64,000 nucleotides of DNA from the IMG/VR virus record IMGVR_UViG_3300047476_000597, positions 1-64,000 of that record; one strand, 5' to 3'. The notes beneath the pieces were generated by a model. The model searched no databases. It saw nothing but the letters and a program-made list of their open reading frames with translations, and was not told where the DNA came from. This document shows positions 9,983-20,468 of the stretch, in pieces. The DNA is from a virus. Positions within the stretch are counted from its first letter, which is position 1. Every line of letters begins with the position of its first letter. A program made the translations under genes and the position numbers.

Positions 9983-12900
9983 TTATGCTGCTACAGGTTC
10001 TTCTTTTGGTTTCTGTAGACTCTGCTTGATCTGTTCTGATAATCTCTTCACTTCATCTTTCAGCTGTTGTAGCTCTTCTTCTCTTTCAAACGGTTTATGT
10101 TCCAATCTGTTGAGGTGACTAATCTCTAGCTCCAGTTTCTCTTGCTCTTTCTGATATGTGTTATACAACAGTCCCTCACATTTATCAATAGCTAATAACA
10201 GATTACGTGCAGCTAGTTTACTATTATCCATTAATACTGAACCATGATTATGATGGTATTTTATAGTACCTTCTGGATGTTGGGCATACACCTTATTATG
10301 ACTCAACATATTAGTACCCTGAGCAGCTGCATACCTATAGTCGTCTGTTATACTACTGCCAGCTTCTACTCTTTCTATCCATACATCAAAACCGTATATC
10401 TCACCTATCTTTTGTCTATATGTCCCTACAGCTGGTCGCCAGTTCCTGAATAGATCTATTAAGACCTCACCCTGTATTTGGCTAACATCTTTCAGTTCTA
10501 CATCTTCTTTTTCCTCGTCTTCTTCTACCTTAGCTACCTTCATCTTCAGACTACGTAACAGTTTTTTTTCTTGTTTTTCTATCTGTATACGTAGTTCGGC
10601 ACCATTTCTCTGATTGATAAGATCTACTGCATCATAGAGTAACAGTTTGTTTATTCTACCACCAGTCTCCGGATCTCTCTCTAGTACACTCTGGTACAGC
10701 TCAACATCTCTCGTCAGTTCTTTCACCAGCTGATCTACTACTACCTTACGGTCTGTTTTAGCTGCTAACATGTGTTTATTGTTGTGTTGCTCTTTGTAAT
10801 GAACGTTGCGAAGGTTCTCCAACAGTGCTACCTTCTTATCAGCCTTAGCTTTTTCCAATAGACTATTATCACCACTCAACACTGCTATATACTCTGCAAA
10901 ATTCATACCCGATGACTCATCTATACTACCCTCATCTATACTACGAGTCTGTAGCTCATTGTTCTTCATCTGTGATATGAATGTCTGCTTGTTCTTTAAC
11001 AGAGTAAACTTGTACGTATCTAGAGAACGTTCTACTGCATACACAAACACATACACCTTGTTATCTTGGGCCTGTTTAGCTAACCAGTTACCTGGTCTAA
11101 CACCTCTACCGTTCCTCTGTGTTAGCTGTGAGGGTTTCCATGGTATATCAAGATGATGCATAGCTACTACTCTTTGTTGAACATTGAGACCGGTACCTGC
11201 TTTATCTGTACTACCTAACAACACTCTAACCTCACCACTGTTAACTTTTTTGAATAGCTCATGTTTTTTCTTATCTGTCTGGTAGTCGTGTATGAACACT
11301 ATCTCTTCTCTTTTCAGCCCAAACTCATCTACGAGTTTATCACGCATAGTATCATACACATTAAACTTCTTAACAGTAACAATCTCTATGCTATTAAAAG
11401 ATTCAACCTCTACCTTATCACTATTAGGAGTACCAACATCACAGAATATTATCTGAGTACCTTTTTGAGCCATGAATCGGTAATAGAACTCGGCAACCTT
11501 AGTAGCACAAACATGTAGCTTACTATCAGGGTGATCATCGTATCTGAACTGGTCTATGAGTCGCATATCGGTACTCATCTTTTTAGCACAGTTGGTAGCT
11601 ATCAACATCTTAGCACTCATCTCTGATTCTGACAGTGGTTCTCTGAATATCCATTCTCCATCACCTGTTTCAGCAAACTTTATTAGCCTGTGTATGTAGT
11701 CTTGTTGTGCTGGAGTAGGAGTTAGTGGTACCAGCTGCTCTACCATCTCTGGTTCATCTATACCGGCCATCTTCTTGGTTTTGTAATCAGCTATCTCATT
11801 GTAGAACAGAGCTAGCTCTGGTACCTTGATAAAATGCCTGAACCTATCTTTTGGTATTATCTGATTAGTAACAGAAAACTCGTAATCAGTAGTCTTCTTA
11901 GCATATACAGCTGCCCATGAGTCAAAATTGGTTATATTCTGTCTAGCTAGTGCTCTTGGTCTCAGATACTTGAACAACAGATACATCTCTGTCAAACTGT
12001 TACTAATAGGAGTACCTGATAAGAATGTAGCTTGTATATCAGCATCTCTTAGTTTTTGCAATTCTCGAATTGCGAACAACATATTCAGAGCTTTCTGGCT
12101 ACCTTCTTGATTACCTAGACCAGCTACTCTGTCGTGCCTCGTGGAATATGTAAGATTTTTATATGCGTGCGCCTCATCAACTAACAAATGGTCTATACCC
12201 ATCTCACGGAATGTAATGTCTTCATCCTTCACCTTACCTATCTTGTCCATAGCTGTTTTCAGCTTAACCGCTAGAGTTTTCTTTCTGTTCTCTAGTCCTT
12301 TAGACATCTTCTTACTAATAGCAAAACCACTGTTTCTAGCTTGGTTAAGATCTTTCTCTAGATCCTCTAGTTCTTCTGACAGTACCTCTTTCTGTATCTC
12401 TAACGACTGCTGTATCTTACCAAACTGGTCATGGGATAATATAATGCAGTCCCAGTCGTTATTCTTGATCTCATGGAATAATCTCTTTCTATTACTCGGT
12501 TCAAAATCCTTCTCATCAGGTGCCAATATTCTAGCACTAGGGTATGCTGTTCTGTATGTACTAGCTACTTCTGCTACATTAGCTTTCAGACAGAGTATAG
12601 CTGGTTTGTTTCTGAGACCTAATCTCTTCATCTCATAGGATGCTATTATGGCTAGTAACGTCTTACCTAGGCCCACCTCATGGTCTATTATACCACCTTG
12701 ATTCTGTATTAGTCGCCATATTGCATTCTTCTGAGTAGCATATAGAGTGATAGGAGTTTTATCTTTACCCAGCTTACTAAGATCTAGGCCAGGGAATGTC
12801 TGATGACTGCCATCGAACTGACGTAACACAAAACAGTTATAGAGACTGTTGTATCTTTCTGCTATCCGGTTCTTGTTAGTATCATCCATATTCCACAACC

Positions 12901-13768
12901 ACTCTTGCCATTTTTTACGCATACTATCTATCTTATCAGCTGCCAGCTGTATAGCATCATTATCTTTTAGAGTACTATCACCACTAGTATACGTATAGAT
13001 AGGAGTAGTATTCTCCATAGCATGTTTCATGAGCTCATGGCCATAGGTAGTTGTCCTACCTAGAGAACGTACTACATACTCAGAATAAGATACAGCGTTA
13101 CCCCAGTGACCAAAACGGAAATCTATCTGATATTCATCTACTGATGGAAAATACTCTAATATAACATCACTAGCATTAAAAAACCACGCCATAAACGCTT
13201 TATAGTATTCCATTGGCACCCATCGCTCACCTAGTTGTATATCTAGTAGTTCAAAAGGTACTGGTTCTGGTTGGTTTTCACGAATAGCAGTTAGTGACCT
13301 AGCTACCTGTTTATCTTCTGGTCTCTCATTGTGTACACGTATAGCTGTCTGTAGTTTCTCATATACGTTACCTGATAACCAGGCATCAGCTGTTACCCAT
13401 TTATTAGTAGAGGGATCTACAAAAACAAGATCTCCCAGCTCCAGTATTACATCTTCTTCTTCCTTTCCTGTTATTTCTGCTATCTGTCCTATACTCACTC
13501 TACCTATCTTACCAAGAACATATACAAGAGCTTCACTACATACTGTTGTAGTGAAGACATCTTCTATGTGTTTAGTACTCTTATATATAACATCAGCTGG
13601 CTCATATTCTGAGTGTATACGTTTTTCTAATGAGCTACATATTAATAATCCATGAGCATCTTTGTTAATTAGATTCCGGTTCCTGCTCTTATTGAGCATA
13701 CCAAAAGAGTTAACAAAATACTCATAAGCCTCTCGTAGTTTTTGTCTTGCTATTTCTGTTTTTGTCAT
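9983..13768 (-). CDS. SNF2-like SF2 helicase, C-terminal part of a DarB-like methylase-helicase (likely start ATG 13768)
   Basis: HEVGLGKT, VDEAH, SGTPISNS, GTGLNVQ, QRNGRGVRPGN; LGERWVP and YLSG-like WLSGNV blocks typical of DarB-like proteins; ATG overlaps upstream TAA. Confidence 0.88.
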   Translation of the reverse strand: MTKTEIARQKLREAYEYFVNSFGMLNKSRNRNLINKDAHGLLICSSLEKRIHSEYEPADVIYKSTKHIEDVFTTTVCSEALVYVLGKIGRVSIGQIAEITGKEEEDVILELGDLVFVDPSTNKWVTADAWLSGNVYEKLQTAIRVHNERPEDKQVARSLTAIRENQPEPVPFELLDIQLGERWVPMEYYKAFMAWFFNASDVILEYFPSVDEYQIDFRFGHWGNAVSYSEYVVRSLGRTTTYGHELMKHAMENTTPIYTYTSGDSTLKDNDAIQLAADKIDSMRKKWQEWLWNMDDTNKNRIAERYNSLYNCFVLRQFDGSHQTFPGLDLSKLGKDKTPITLYATQKNAIWRLIQNQGGIIDHEVGLGKTLLAIIASYEMKRLGLRNKPAILCLKANVAEVASTYRTAYPSARILAPDEKDFEPSNRKRLFHEIKNNDWDCIILSHDQFGKIQQSLEIQKEVLSEELEDLEKDLNQARNSGFAISKKMSKGLENRKKTLAVKLKTAMDKIGKVKDEDITFREMGIDHLLVDEAHAYKNLTYSTRHDRVAGLGNQEGSQKALNMLFAIRELQKLRDADIQATFLSGTPISNSLTEMYLLFKYLRPRALARQNITNFDSWAAVYAKKTTDYEFSVTNQIIPKDRFRHFIKVPELALFYNEIADYKTKKMAGIDEPEMVEQLVPLTPTPAQQDYIHRLIKFAETGDGEWIFREPLSESEMSAKMLIATNCAKKMSTDMRLIDQFRYDDHPDSKLHVCATKVAEFYYRFMAQKGTQIIFCDVGTPNSDKVEVESFNSIEIVTVKKFNVYDTMRDKLVDEFGLKREEIVFIHDYQTDKKKHELFKKVNSGEVRVLLGSTDKAGTGLNVQQRVVAMHHLDIPWKPSQLTQRNGRGVRPGNWLAKQAQDNKVYVFVYAVERSLDTYKFTLLKNKQTFISQMKNNELQTRSIDEGSIDESSGMNFAEYIAVLSGDNSLLEKAKADKKVALLENLRNVHYKEQHNNKHMLAAKTDRKVVVDQLVKELTRDVELYQSVLERDPETGGRINKLLLYDAVDLINQRNGAELRIQIEKQEKKLLRSLKMKVAKVEEDEEKEDVELKDVSQIQGEVLIDLFRNWRPAVGTYRQKIGEIYGFDVWIERVEAGSSITDDYRYAAAQGTNMLSHNKVYAQHPEGTIKYHHNHGSVLMDNSKLAARNLLLAIDKCEGLLYNTYQKEQEKLELEISHLNRLEHKPFEREEELQQLKDEVKRLSEQIKQSLQKPKEEPVAA

Positions 13769-14562
13769 TATTTTGTTTTTATTGGTACGTATACTGTATC
13801 TACTCTTTGTTCCCACTGTTGTTGTATACCTCTTTCATATCCTCTTTGTTCTATGTTTTTTTCTCTAGCACCCCCCATTAACAAAAACAAGGACACAAAA
13901 AGAAGAGTAGGCATAGTACCTATTGAACTTAGTAACAGTGCATTTATTCTTTTTATATGTTCTCTTTTGGTGTCCCACAGTCTACCTAGTGAGATTAGGG
14001 TTATCATATTTCCTATTACACATAATAACCCCATTATTATCATTCTTACATCCATTACTTTGCTTTTTTAATCATTGTTATAGCAGTCATGCTTTTCATA
14101 TTGAGAGTAGAATGTTCGTCCTTTTCACATACAGCTAACCCACCTTCATAAGACTCGTGTACTACTATTTCATCTATTGTTCTTTTGTACTCACAGTTTT
14201 CATACACATACAGCTCATCTCCTACTGAGAATATCTCACCGTCTGATAGCCGTTGAACGCTTAGTATTTTATAGTCTTTATTCATTTTTTTGCTTTTAGT
14301 CTATTAGTCTCCAATAAGATGCACCATGTTCATCACACAGCTGTCTGATCTCTGTAAGAATGTTCTGTATTATTGTGCCTCTATCTGTATCGTGGTCTGG
14401 TTCACATATCCATATACTGTACAGGTCTTCCTCTTGTCTACTAGTATCTGTGTATGTATCTAGACCACGTACACTGTTTGTTAGTCTCCACAGTACATCT
14501 TTGTCTATGCTACTCTTTAGTACTGATACTATCTTTACTATATCTTCATCTATTTGTATCAT
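13768..14562 (-). other. Three small CDS between the helicase and methylase genes (13768..14055 with two TM segments, 14055..14285, 14296..14562)
   Basis: ORF track; hydrophobic segments in the first. Confidence 0.7.
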
Positions 14563-16565
14563 TGTTCTTCTTTTTGTAGTTCATAATAATAATCTCTAAT
14601 ATTTGCATATGCCTCTAGTATCCGCTGTTCTCTACCTTCTTTAATATCTGTTACTAGTTCTGCAACTGTCGGCTTACCTTGATCGTCTGTAGCTGTTATT
14701 ATATACAGCTGTGTCTTTTCTTCAAACAGGTTCTGTTGATTACCAGTTGTTACAGATATTATGGTACCTATCTTATACTCTAGAGCAGGATTATTACACA
14801 ACAGCTGCAGGGATTCTCCTGTCAGGGTACTGGTGGTATTTTCTGTTATAACACTTTGATTGTCAGCTGGTTGTAGGATTTCCTTGTCGCATTTATCTAC
14901 TATATTTGCGACAGTTAAACCAGCTTGACTGAATGTTACCTCGTCTTCTACCCATCTACTACTAGTTATTAGCTTTTCTGGTATTCCCACTAGCTGTTGC
15001 ATTTGTTCTAATAGAGTATCTTCTTTCTCATCTGTATAAACAGAACCTTCTACAGGCATTTTGTATGAATGACCAGTGTCTGACTTGTCAAAACCTGTTT
15101 CTTTTAGTTTCTCACTCCACGAATCTCCTTTTGGATAATAGCTAGGATCACTCATAACATTCTCATCGTAGCAGTTACTGCAAAACAACTCACTACCAAA
15201 CATTCCTACTCCACAGCTAATACATGTGCCTGTAATATCTTCAGATTTTTCAGTACTAACAGCTGTCTCTTCTATCTTAGGGATTGTAGCTACTATGATG
15301 TGGGCTTTTATCCAAGGGTCTACTATGTCTTCAGTTGTATCCCATGGAGCTGGTTCGTCTATTATATCACTCTCACCAGAGGTATCTAACCATTTCTTAC
15401 TCAGACCATAGCGTTGATTAAAATCCCTACGCAATATATCAGCAAACGGCTCCTTTATCTCATCTATAGGACCATCCCACCATGTTTCTACAGCTGGTTT
15501 ACCATATTGATTTTTGCCTGGTTTTACTGATGTAGCTACTGTTATATTCTTATCTGGGTTATCTGTCTTGTGTATGCTATTTATATAGCTATTTATTGCT
15601 ACTTTTATTCCTTGTATATCTTGTACACTACTCTCACACAACAGCTGCTCTTCTTCTGACATATCTGCCTCTGTCTTATCGAATCTTCTACGTACTACAA
15701 GAAAATGGCTAGGTGCCTCAGTATTAGCAGACTCTTTCATCAGATTATCCGGCATCACTGTAAGAGAGATAAAATCGCAGTTACTGAATAAATACTTTCT
15801 AGCTGTTCTATTAGTAGGAGTATCTAGAAATGCATTAGTTACCAGATATGCTAACAGACCACCATGGTTGAGTTTACTAATACCTTTGGCAAAAAAATAG
15901 TTATGTACCTTGCCTGTGAGATTCTTGTCTGCTATTGTTGGATCAAACACTGGGAATGAACCATATGGTGGATTAGTAGCTACAAGATCATACTGACCAT
16001 CTTCACTCTTATCAGATTCTTCAAAACCTTTATTGTGCACTGTATAACGACTCTTAGCTGGTAGTGTACTCATGACACATTCTAACACCTTGCTAGTCAG
16101 CATATCCTTCTCATACATAGTAACCTTCTGTAGATTCTCTATATTCTGAATAGCTGACAGAGCAAAAACACCACCACCAGCTGCAGGGTCGTATACTGTT
16201 TTTATATCAGCATATTCTTGTACTATCTCCATGAATGTATCAACCACTACAGCTGGTGTGTAATATGCATCTAGTACTGCTGCTTTTATTGATGCTACTA
16301 CTTCTTTGTACGCTTTTTCACTCAGTTTATCCTGTAACAGATCATGCAGCTGTTGTATTACTGGTCGTAGTTGTTTATCTCCTTCTGCTACTGTTATCCA
16401 CTCTTGATCGTTGTATGGATTGTACAACAGTGCTTTTACAAACCCCCAACCTTTAAAAGATAACATAGTTTCTACTTCCTCTTCAGAAAGAGTCAAACCT
16501 TCGTGCCATTTAAAAACTGCTCTTATTGCTTCTATATTATTTTGTAGTGCTTGTTTCTGATTCAT
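14559..16565 (-). CDS. Amino-DNA methyltransferase (N6A/N4C), N-terminal part of a DarB-like protein
   Basis: AYYTP, motif I YDPAAGGGVF, motif IV TNPPYG, HNYFFAKG..GGLLAY; acidic linker with CxxC..CxxC. Confidence 0.88.
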   Translation of the reverse strand: MNQKQALQNNIEAIRAVFKWHEGLTLSEEEVETMLSFKGWGFVKALLYNPYNDQEWITVAEGDKQLRPVIQQLHDLLQDKLSEKAYKEVVASIKAAVLDAYYTPAVVVDTFMEIVQEYADIKTVYDPAAGGGVFALSAIQNIENLQKVTMYEKDMLTSKVLECVMSTLPAKSRYTVHNKGFEESDKSEDGQYDLVATNPPYGSFPVFDPTIADKNLTGKVHNYFFAKGISKLNHGGLLAYLVTNAFLDTPTNRTARKYLFSNCDFISLTVMPDNLMKESANTEAPSHFLVVRRRFDKTEADMSEEEQLLCESSVQDIQGIKVAINSYINSIHKTDNPDKNITVATSVKPGKNQYGKPAVETWWDGPIDEIKEPFADILRRDFNQRYGLSKKWLDTSGESDIIDEPAPWDTTEDIVDPWIKAHIIVATIPKIEETAVSTEKSEDITGTCISCGVGMFGSELFCSNCYDENVMSDPSYYPKGDSWSEKLKETGFDKSDTGHSYKMPVEGSVYTDEKEDTLLEQMQQLVGIPEKLITSSRWVEDEVTFSQAGLTVANIVDKCDKEILQPADNQSVITENTTSTLTGESLQLLCNNPALEYKIGTIISVTTGNQQNLFEEKTQLYIITATDDQGKPTVAELVTDIKEGREQRILEAYANIRDYYYELQKEEQ

Positions 16566-17280
16566 TTTTTTTATTTTTACGTAGTTCTCTTCTTCTTTTA
16601 TTTTTACAATTTTTACAATAACTTTCCAATCCGTTTCTTTTTTTGTTTCTCTTATTTTCTAAAAAAGACTCTGGTAAAAGATATTCTTTACATATACTGC
16701 ATTTATATTTTCCATTGTTCTTTTCTTTTTTCTGTATTATTTTATTATAGATTACTTGATCTTCTTTTGTTAATATATTATGACATGCAAACTCACCATG
16801 ACATTTAGTAGCTAGTTCGTTATACCACATAGCTGCCTCTACTTCTGTGTTAAAATTTCTAGTATAACTTTTATGTTTACCTATACATTTCGTTATCCAT
16901 GTCCACTTTTTCTTTAGTAGTCGGTATTGTACCCCTGTATATTTAGAAGATGTAAGTATCCCCTTTCTTGTTTTTATTTTTAGTTTATTTCCAGCATTTT
17001 GTCTTACAGTAGCTTCTCTTAGATTTGATCTTTGATTATTTAAACCATTATGATCTATATGATCTATATGAATAAAAGAATCAGCAGGTTTCATAATTGC
17101 TCTATGCATTGATATTTTAGGTCCTCTTCCTTTTTCGAGTCTTCCCATTACATACAATGTATTACTATTAGCACATTTGCAAACATGCCAGTTTAATTTG
17201 TTTAACCAGTCATAGTCTTCATCTGATACTTGAGCATAAAGACCGTTTCCGTTTTTTCCATTTAATTTTATCAACTTCAT
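16537..17280 (-). CDS. Free-standing HNH homing endonuclease with AP2-like and Zn-finger domains
   Basis: AQVSDEDY, MHRAIM..IDHIDHNGLNNQRSNLR, SSKYTGV..FNTEVEAAMWYN, CSIC..YCKNC. Confidence 0.88.
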   Translation of the reverse strand: MKLIKLNGKNGNGLYAQVSDEDYDWLNKLNWHVCKCANSNTLYVMGRLEKGRGPKISMHRAIMKPADSFIHIDHIDHNGLNNQRSNLREATVRQNAGNKLKIKTRKGILTSSKYTGVQYRLLKKKWTWITKCIGKHKSYTRNFNTEVEAAMWYNELATKCHGEFACHNILTKEDQVIYNKIIQKKEKNNGKYKCSICKEYLLPESFLENKRNKKRNGLESYCKNCKNKRRRELRKNKKNESETSTTK

Positions 17281-17282
17281 AA

Positions 17283-17387
17283 AAATAGTTTTGCCGGTTT
17301 AGGTACAGCTATCTAGTCCATAGCAATACCCTTACCGGCAGTTTCTTTGTACCTAGGACTAGTAGGTATTTTATCCCTACAAAGGTA
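17283..17387 (-). promoter_or_regulatory. Promoter (-7 TACCTTTG) plus two-hairpin kissing-loop leader of the HNH gene
   Basis: -7 box 17380-17387; loop CUAGUCC is complementary to loop GGACUAG of the second hairpin closed by GCCGGU/ACCGGC. Confidence 0.65.
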
Positions 17388-17394
17388 CTATTCT

Positions 17395-17733
17395 TTATTT
17401 ATTTTTCAACATTTCCAATGACATTATTTTAGCTATTTTACCCCACATTCTGTAATTTCTGAATGTTGTTTTTATCCAGTACACACCATCTTCTTTCATC
17501 AGGTCTCTACTGTCCCATATCCAGTTATTTACATGGTCAAATAGCCATGGACTATCATCGAGATTCTCCCATTCCATTTCTATTATCTTTCTATCTGATC
17601 CCCCATACCCACTCTTTGCTACTAGTATTTGGCCTTTGTAGGTTACATTCTTTTTGGGTGCCAGATGTCCCCATGTATCTTGATATACTGCTTCCTGATA
17701 CTCTTTTATTGGTTCCAGATGATTTAGTCCCAT
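17395..17733 (-). CDS. Hypothetical protein (likely start ATG 17733)
   Basis: ORF track 17395..17754; internal ATG preferred. Confidence 0.65.
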   Translation of the reverse strand: MGLNHLEPIKEYQEAVYQDTWGHLAPKKNVTYKGQILVAKSGYGGSDRKIIEMEWENLDDSPWLFDHVNNWIWDSRDLMKEDGVYWIKTTFRNYRMWGKIAKIMSLEMLKNK

Positions 17734-17873
17734 ATCTTTATTGTTTTTATCCAACCTGTCCAGCCTAACAGATACTCAACTTGTTCTTCTTTTAGTACTA
17801 TTCCTTCATGCCACTGAAACACTGCTTCTAGTGCTTTGATGTTATCCTCTATTACCTGTTTCTGTGTTCTCAT
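17724..17873 (-). CDS. 49-aa mini-protein paralogous to the N-terminus of the DarB-like methylase (not in ORF track)
   Basis: Translated by hand: MRTQKQVIEDNIKALEAVFQWHEGIVLKEEQVEYLLGWTGWIKTIKIWD; 21 of 38 aligned residues identical to the 14559..16565 N-terminus. Confidence 0.75.
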   Translation of the reverse strand: MRTQKQVIEDNIKALEAVFQWHEGIVLKEEQVEYLLGWTGWIKTIKIWD

Positions 17874-18756
17874 ACTATTTCTGTTTTTAGTAACGTTATT
17901 CCGTTTTCGTATATATGAACACTATCTTCTATCCATGTTTCTGCTTCATCTGTTACATAGTGAACAGCTTCATTAACAGCGTTTTCACCTTTTGCACCAC
18001 CAGATACCCCATAGTCTAGTTCATCAGTATCTATTTCTACTGTTATTCTTACTGTTATATCTATCTCTCTAGTTGTCTTCATTAATCTTTTATTTTATAT
18101 TTACCAGGAAACTTACTATTTATCAGATACTGTAATTGACTAATAGAGAATACTTTATAGCCTAGCCAACCATTTTCTAGTATTTCTTGTAGTCGTTTAC
18201 AGTTTCCTTGTTCTAGCAGCTCATTTTTAATAACAGCTATATCGTCTAATGCAAGAATCTTCATTGCTGTTTCCTTACGTATTTGTTTCATCTTTGTATC
18301 GTTTTTTATTTAAACATTCTATAGCAGCTTTCTCAAACACAGTAAGGTTTATTGTTGGTGCTTGATATACCTCTTGTTGTTGAACAGTTAGTTCACTCAG
18401 ATCTACATCAGCTCCATTTCTTATTCGTGTGATTAGCTTTCTTTTTCTTTTGTTGTATTCTGGTATTGCTTGATCTATTGTCAACATTACACAGTTACCT
18501 AGTTTTTCGCATGTTTTTATATTAATACACTGGTTACAGCCACTCAATACTACCCACTGTTCTTGTTTACTCATTTCTTAAACTGTTCTTTGTGCTTTAT
18601 TATAGTGTCTATAACATCTTCTTCATACCATGCTGTACTATGAGCTATTGGTTGCCATTTTTTGAACCAACCTGATATACCAGCTGGTCTGTATACTGCC
18701 CAATATACTGTCTTGTCCTTTGACATTGCTTGTTTTCTTATTTTATATGTATACAT
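17870..18756 (-). other. Four small hypothetical CDS (17870..18082, 18082..18291, 18275..18574, 18571..18756)
   Basis: ORF track, coupled junctions. Confidence 0.65.
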
Positions 18757-18767
18757 GTTGTTTATTT

Positions 18768-19628
18768 TTAAAAGGGCAGATCATCAGGAACAGTAACATT
18801 ATCCCACGGCATGGATCCTCGTACCCATTCTCCTGTTATCTTATCTTTTTTACCACCTGGTAGATCTTCCCATTTTGTTCTAGTTTCTTGCCATATTCTA
18901 GCTCTTTTCCATTTTATCTTCTCATGGTAGCCGTTATCATTCTCTACTATTGTGTTTATCCACCGGAACATATTACCATGATTCCACATTCTGTTTTGGT
19001 ATGCAGCAGCTGCCATGTGTTCTACCTTAAGAATATGATGCCGGAATGGGTCTATATCTTTCTCATATTGTTGTGCTTGCTTGCCTACTAGTACTATTGG
19101 TAGACCAGAGAAGAATACATTAATAACTTCACTGAAGAAGAACGACATAAATTCTGCCCATATAGCTACATGACTACCTGGTGTATTCTCTACTACTGTG
19201 AGTGAGCTATTGAGTAACAGAACATGTTCTTCTGTTAGCAGGTAGCTGATGTCGTTCCTCTGTTCCATATCAGGATCAAAACCGTACTCCTCTGTCAAAG
19301 CCCCGTAAAACTGTTGGAGTGACGGTTGTGCTACATTAGTGTTTGAGCAGTCCAGTGGTATGCCGTTACTAACCTTTACAGCATTTTTACCTATCTGTTT
19401 TATGGTAGGATATGGATCCATGAGTAGTATAATAGCCTTTACCTTCTTACTGTCCACTAACTGAAAACTACGGAATAATAGAGCAGAATCTGGTATCACC
19501 GTTTTCTTATTAGCCACTTCTTGTTTTAAAAACGCCAGTATCTTATCGAACCTATCTGATGTAATGAACGGCTCCAGATAAACTAGCCAGCTGCCGAGTT
19601 GTTCTCTTAACCTATCTGTTACTATCAT
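18768..19628 (-). CDS. ung: Uracil-DNA glycosylase family 1-like, divergent motifs
   Basis: VKAIILLMDPYP, VLLLNSSLTV..PGSH..W, VGKQAQ, KVEHMAAAAY. Confidence 0.8.
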   Translation of the reverse strand: MIVTDRLREQLGSWLVYLEPFITSDRFDKILAFLKQEVANKKTVIPDSALLFRSFQLVDSKKVKAIILLMDPYPTIKQIGKNAVKVSNGIPLDCSNTNVAQPSLQQFYGALTEEYGFDPDMEQRNDISYLLTEEHVLLLNSSLTVVENTPGSHVAIWAEFMSFFFSEVINVFFSGLPIVLVGKQAQQYEKDIDPFRHHILKVEHMAAAAYQNRMWNHGNMFRWINTIVENDNGYHEKIKWKRARIWQETRTKWEDLPGGKKDKITGEWVRGSMPWDNVTVPDDLPF

Positions 19629-20163
19629 CTGTATAGTTTTTATAGTTCATTGATTCTTTGGCTACATTATCACCATTGTATTTACTGTCTGGTTTTTTAT
19701 CATAAGGTACAGCTACCTCGCCTCTTACTTCACTAAACTCTATCTGACCTATCTTCATACCGGCATACACTCTGGTTGGTTTTATTACTGTTATTTCTAG
19801 TGTCCAGCTGTTACCGCTGAACCCTACATCTCCATAACCAGCTGTCACATGTATTGATATACCCAACCTACCTATAGAAGATTTCCCATTAATACTAGGT
19901 CTGTATAGTCGACTATTAACACGTTCTACAGTAGAACCTAGATACAATATTCCTGGTATCAATACCATACCCTGCTCAGAAATAGTCATTGTAGCTGTCT
20001 CATTATGTTCTTTGGCATCTAATATTGATGACGTATATACTCGTATGGTATCACCAAGACACACATCGTAGCTGTTAGGATTAACATGCTCTGGTTTGAA
20101 TGGCTCTATTACTATATCACCTGTCTGTATTGCTTCTATTATTGCTGTATCTGATAGTATCAT
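19612..20163 (-). CDS. dcd: dCTP deaminase
   Basis: MILSD, VNPNSYDVCLG, GKSSIGRLG, TAGYGDVGFSG..TLEI, GMKIGQI, SKY. Confidence 0.9.
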   Translation of the reverse strand: MILSDTAIIEAIQTGDIVIEPFKPEHVNPNSYDVCLGDTIRVYTSSILDAKEHNETATMTISEQGMVLIPGILYLGSTVERVNSRLYRPSINGKSSIGRLGISIHVTAGYGDVGFSGNSWTLEITVIKPTRVYAGMKIGQIEFSEVRGEVAVPYDKKPDSKYNGDNVAKESMNYKNYTDDSNR

Positions 20164-20468
20164 TGTCCTGTGTTTTCTTCTGTTATTGTATATTGTTCAT
20201 ACTCATCTTTCCACTCTTGTTCTGTTATTAGGTACCCTTGTCTGTTTATGTATCTATATCCAGCTACTATACCATACCAACCATCATTATCATCTATTAT
20301 TGTCCATATTCTTTTTGGGGATGTAATAGCAGTATTTACTACATAAACAATGTCTGGTCCATAGGTATCAAAAAAACAGTTACCAAAAGATCCTTCTTCT
20401 GTATTTGGGTTATCTTCACATGTGTATTTCTCAAAAAACACATCGTCACTCTGTTTTTCTTGTGTCAT
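20160..20468 (-). CDS. Conserved hypothetical phage protein
   Basis: FDTYG..IWTIID..IVAGYRYINRQGYLITE motif. Confidence 0.7.
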   Translation of the reverse strand: MTQEKQSDDVFFEKYTCEDNPNTEEGSFGNCFFDTYGPDIVYVVNTAITSPKRIWTIIDDNDGWYGIVAGYRYINRQGYLITEQEWKDEYEQYTITEENTGQ

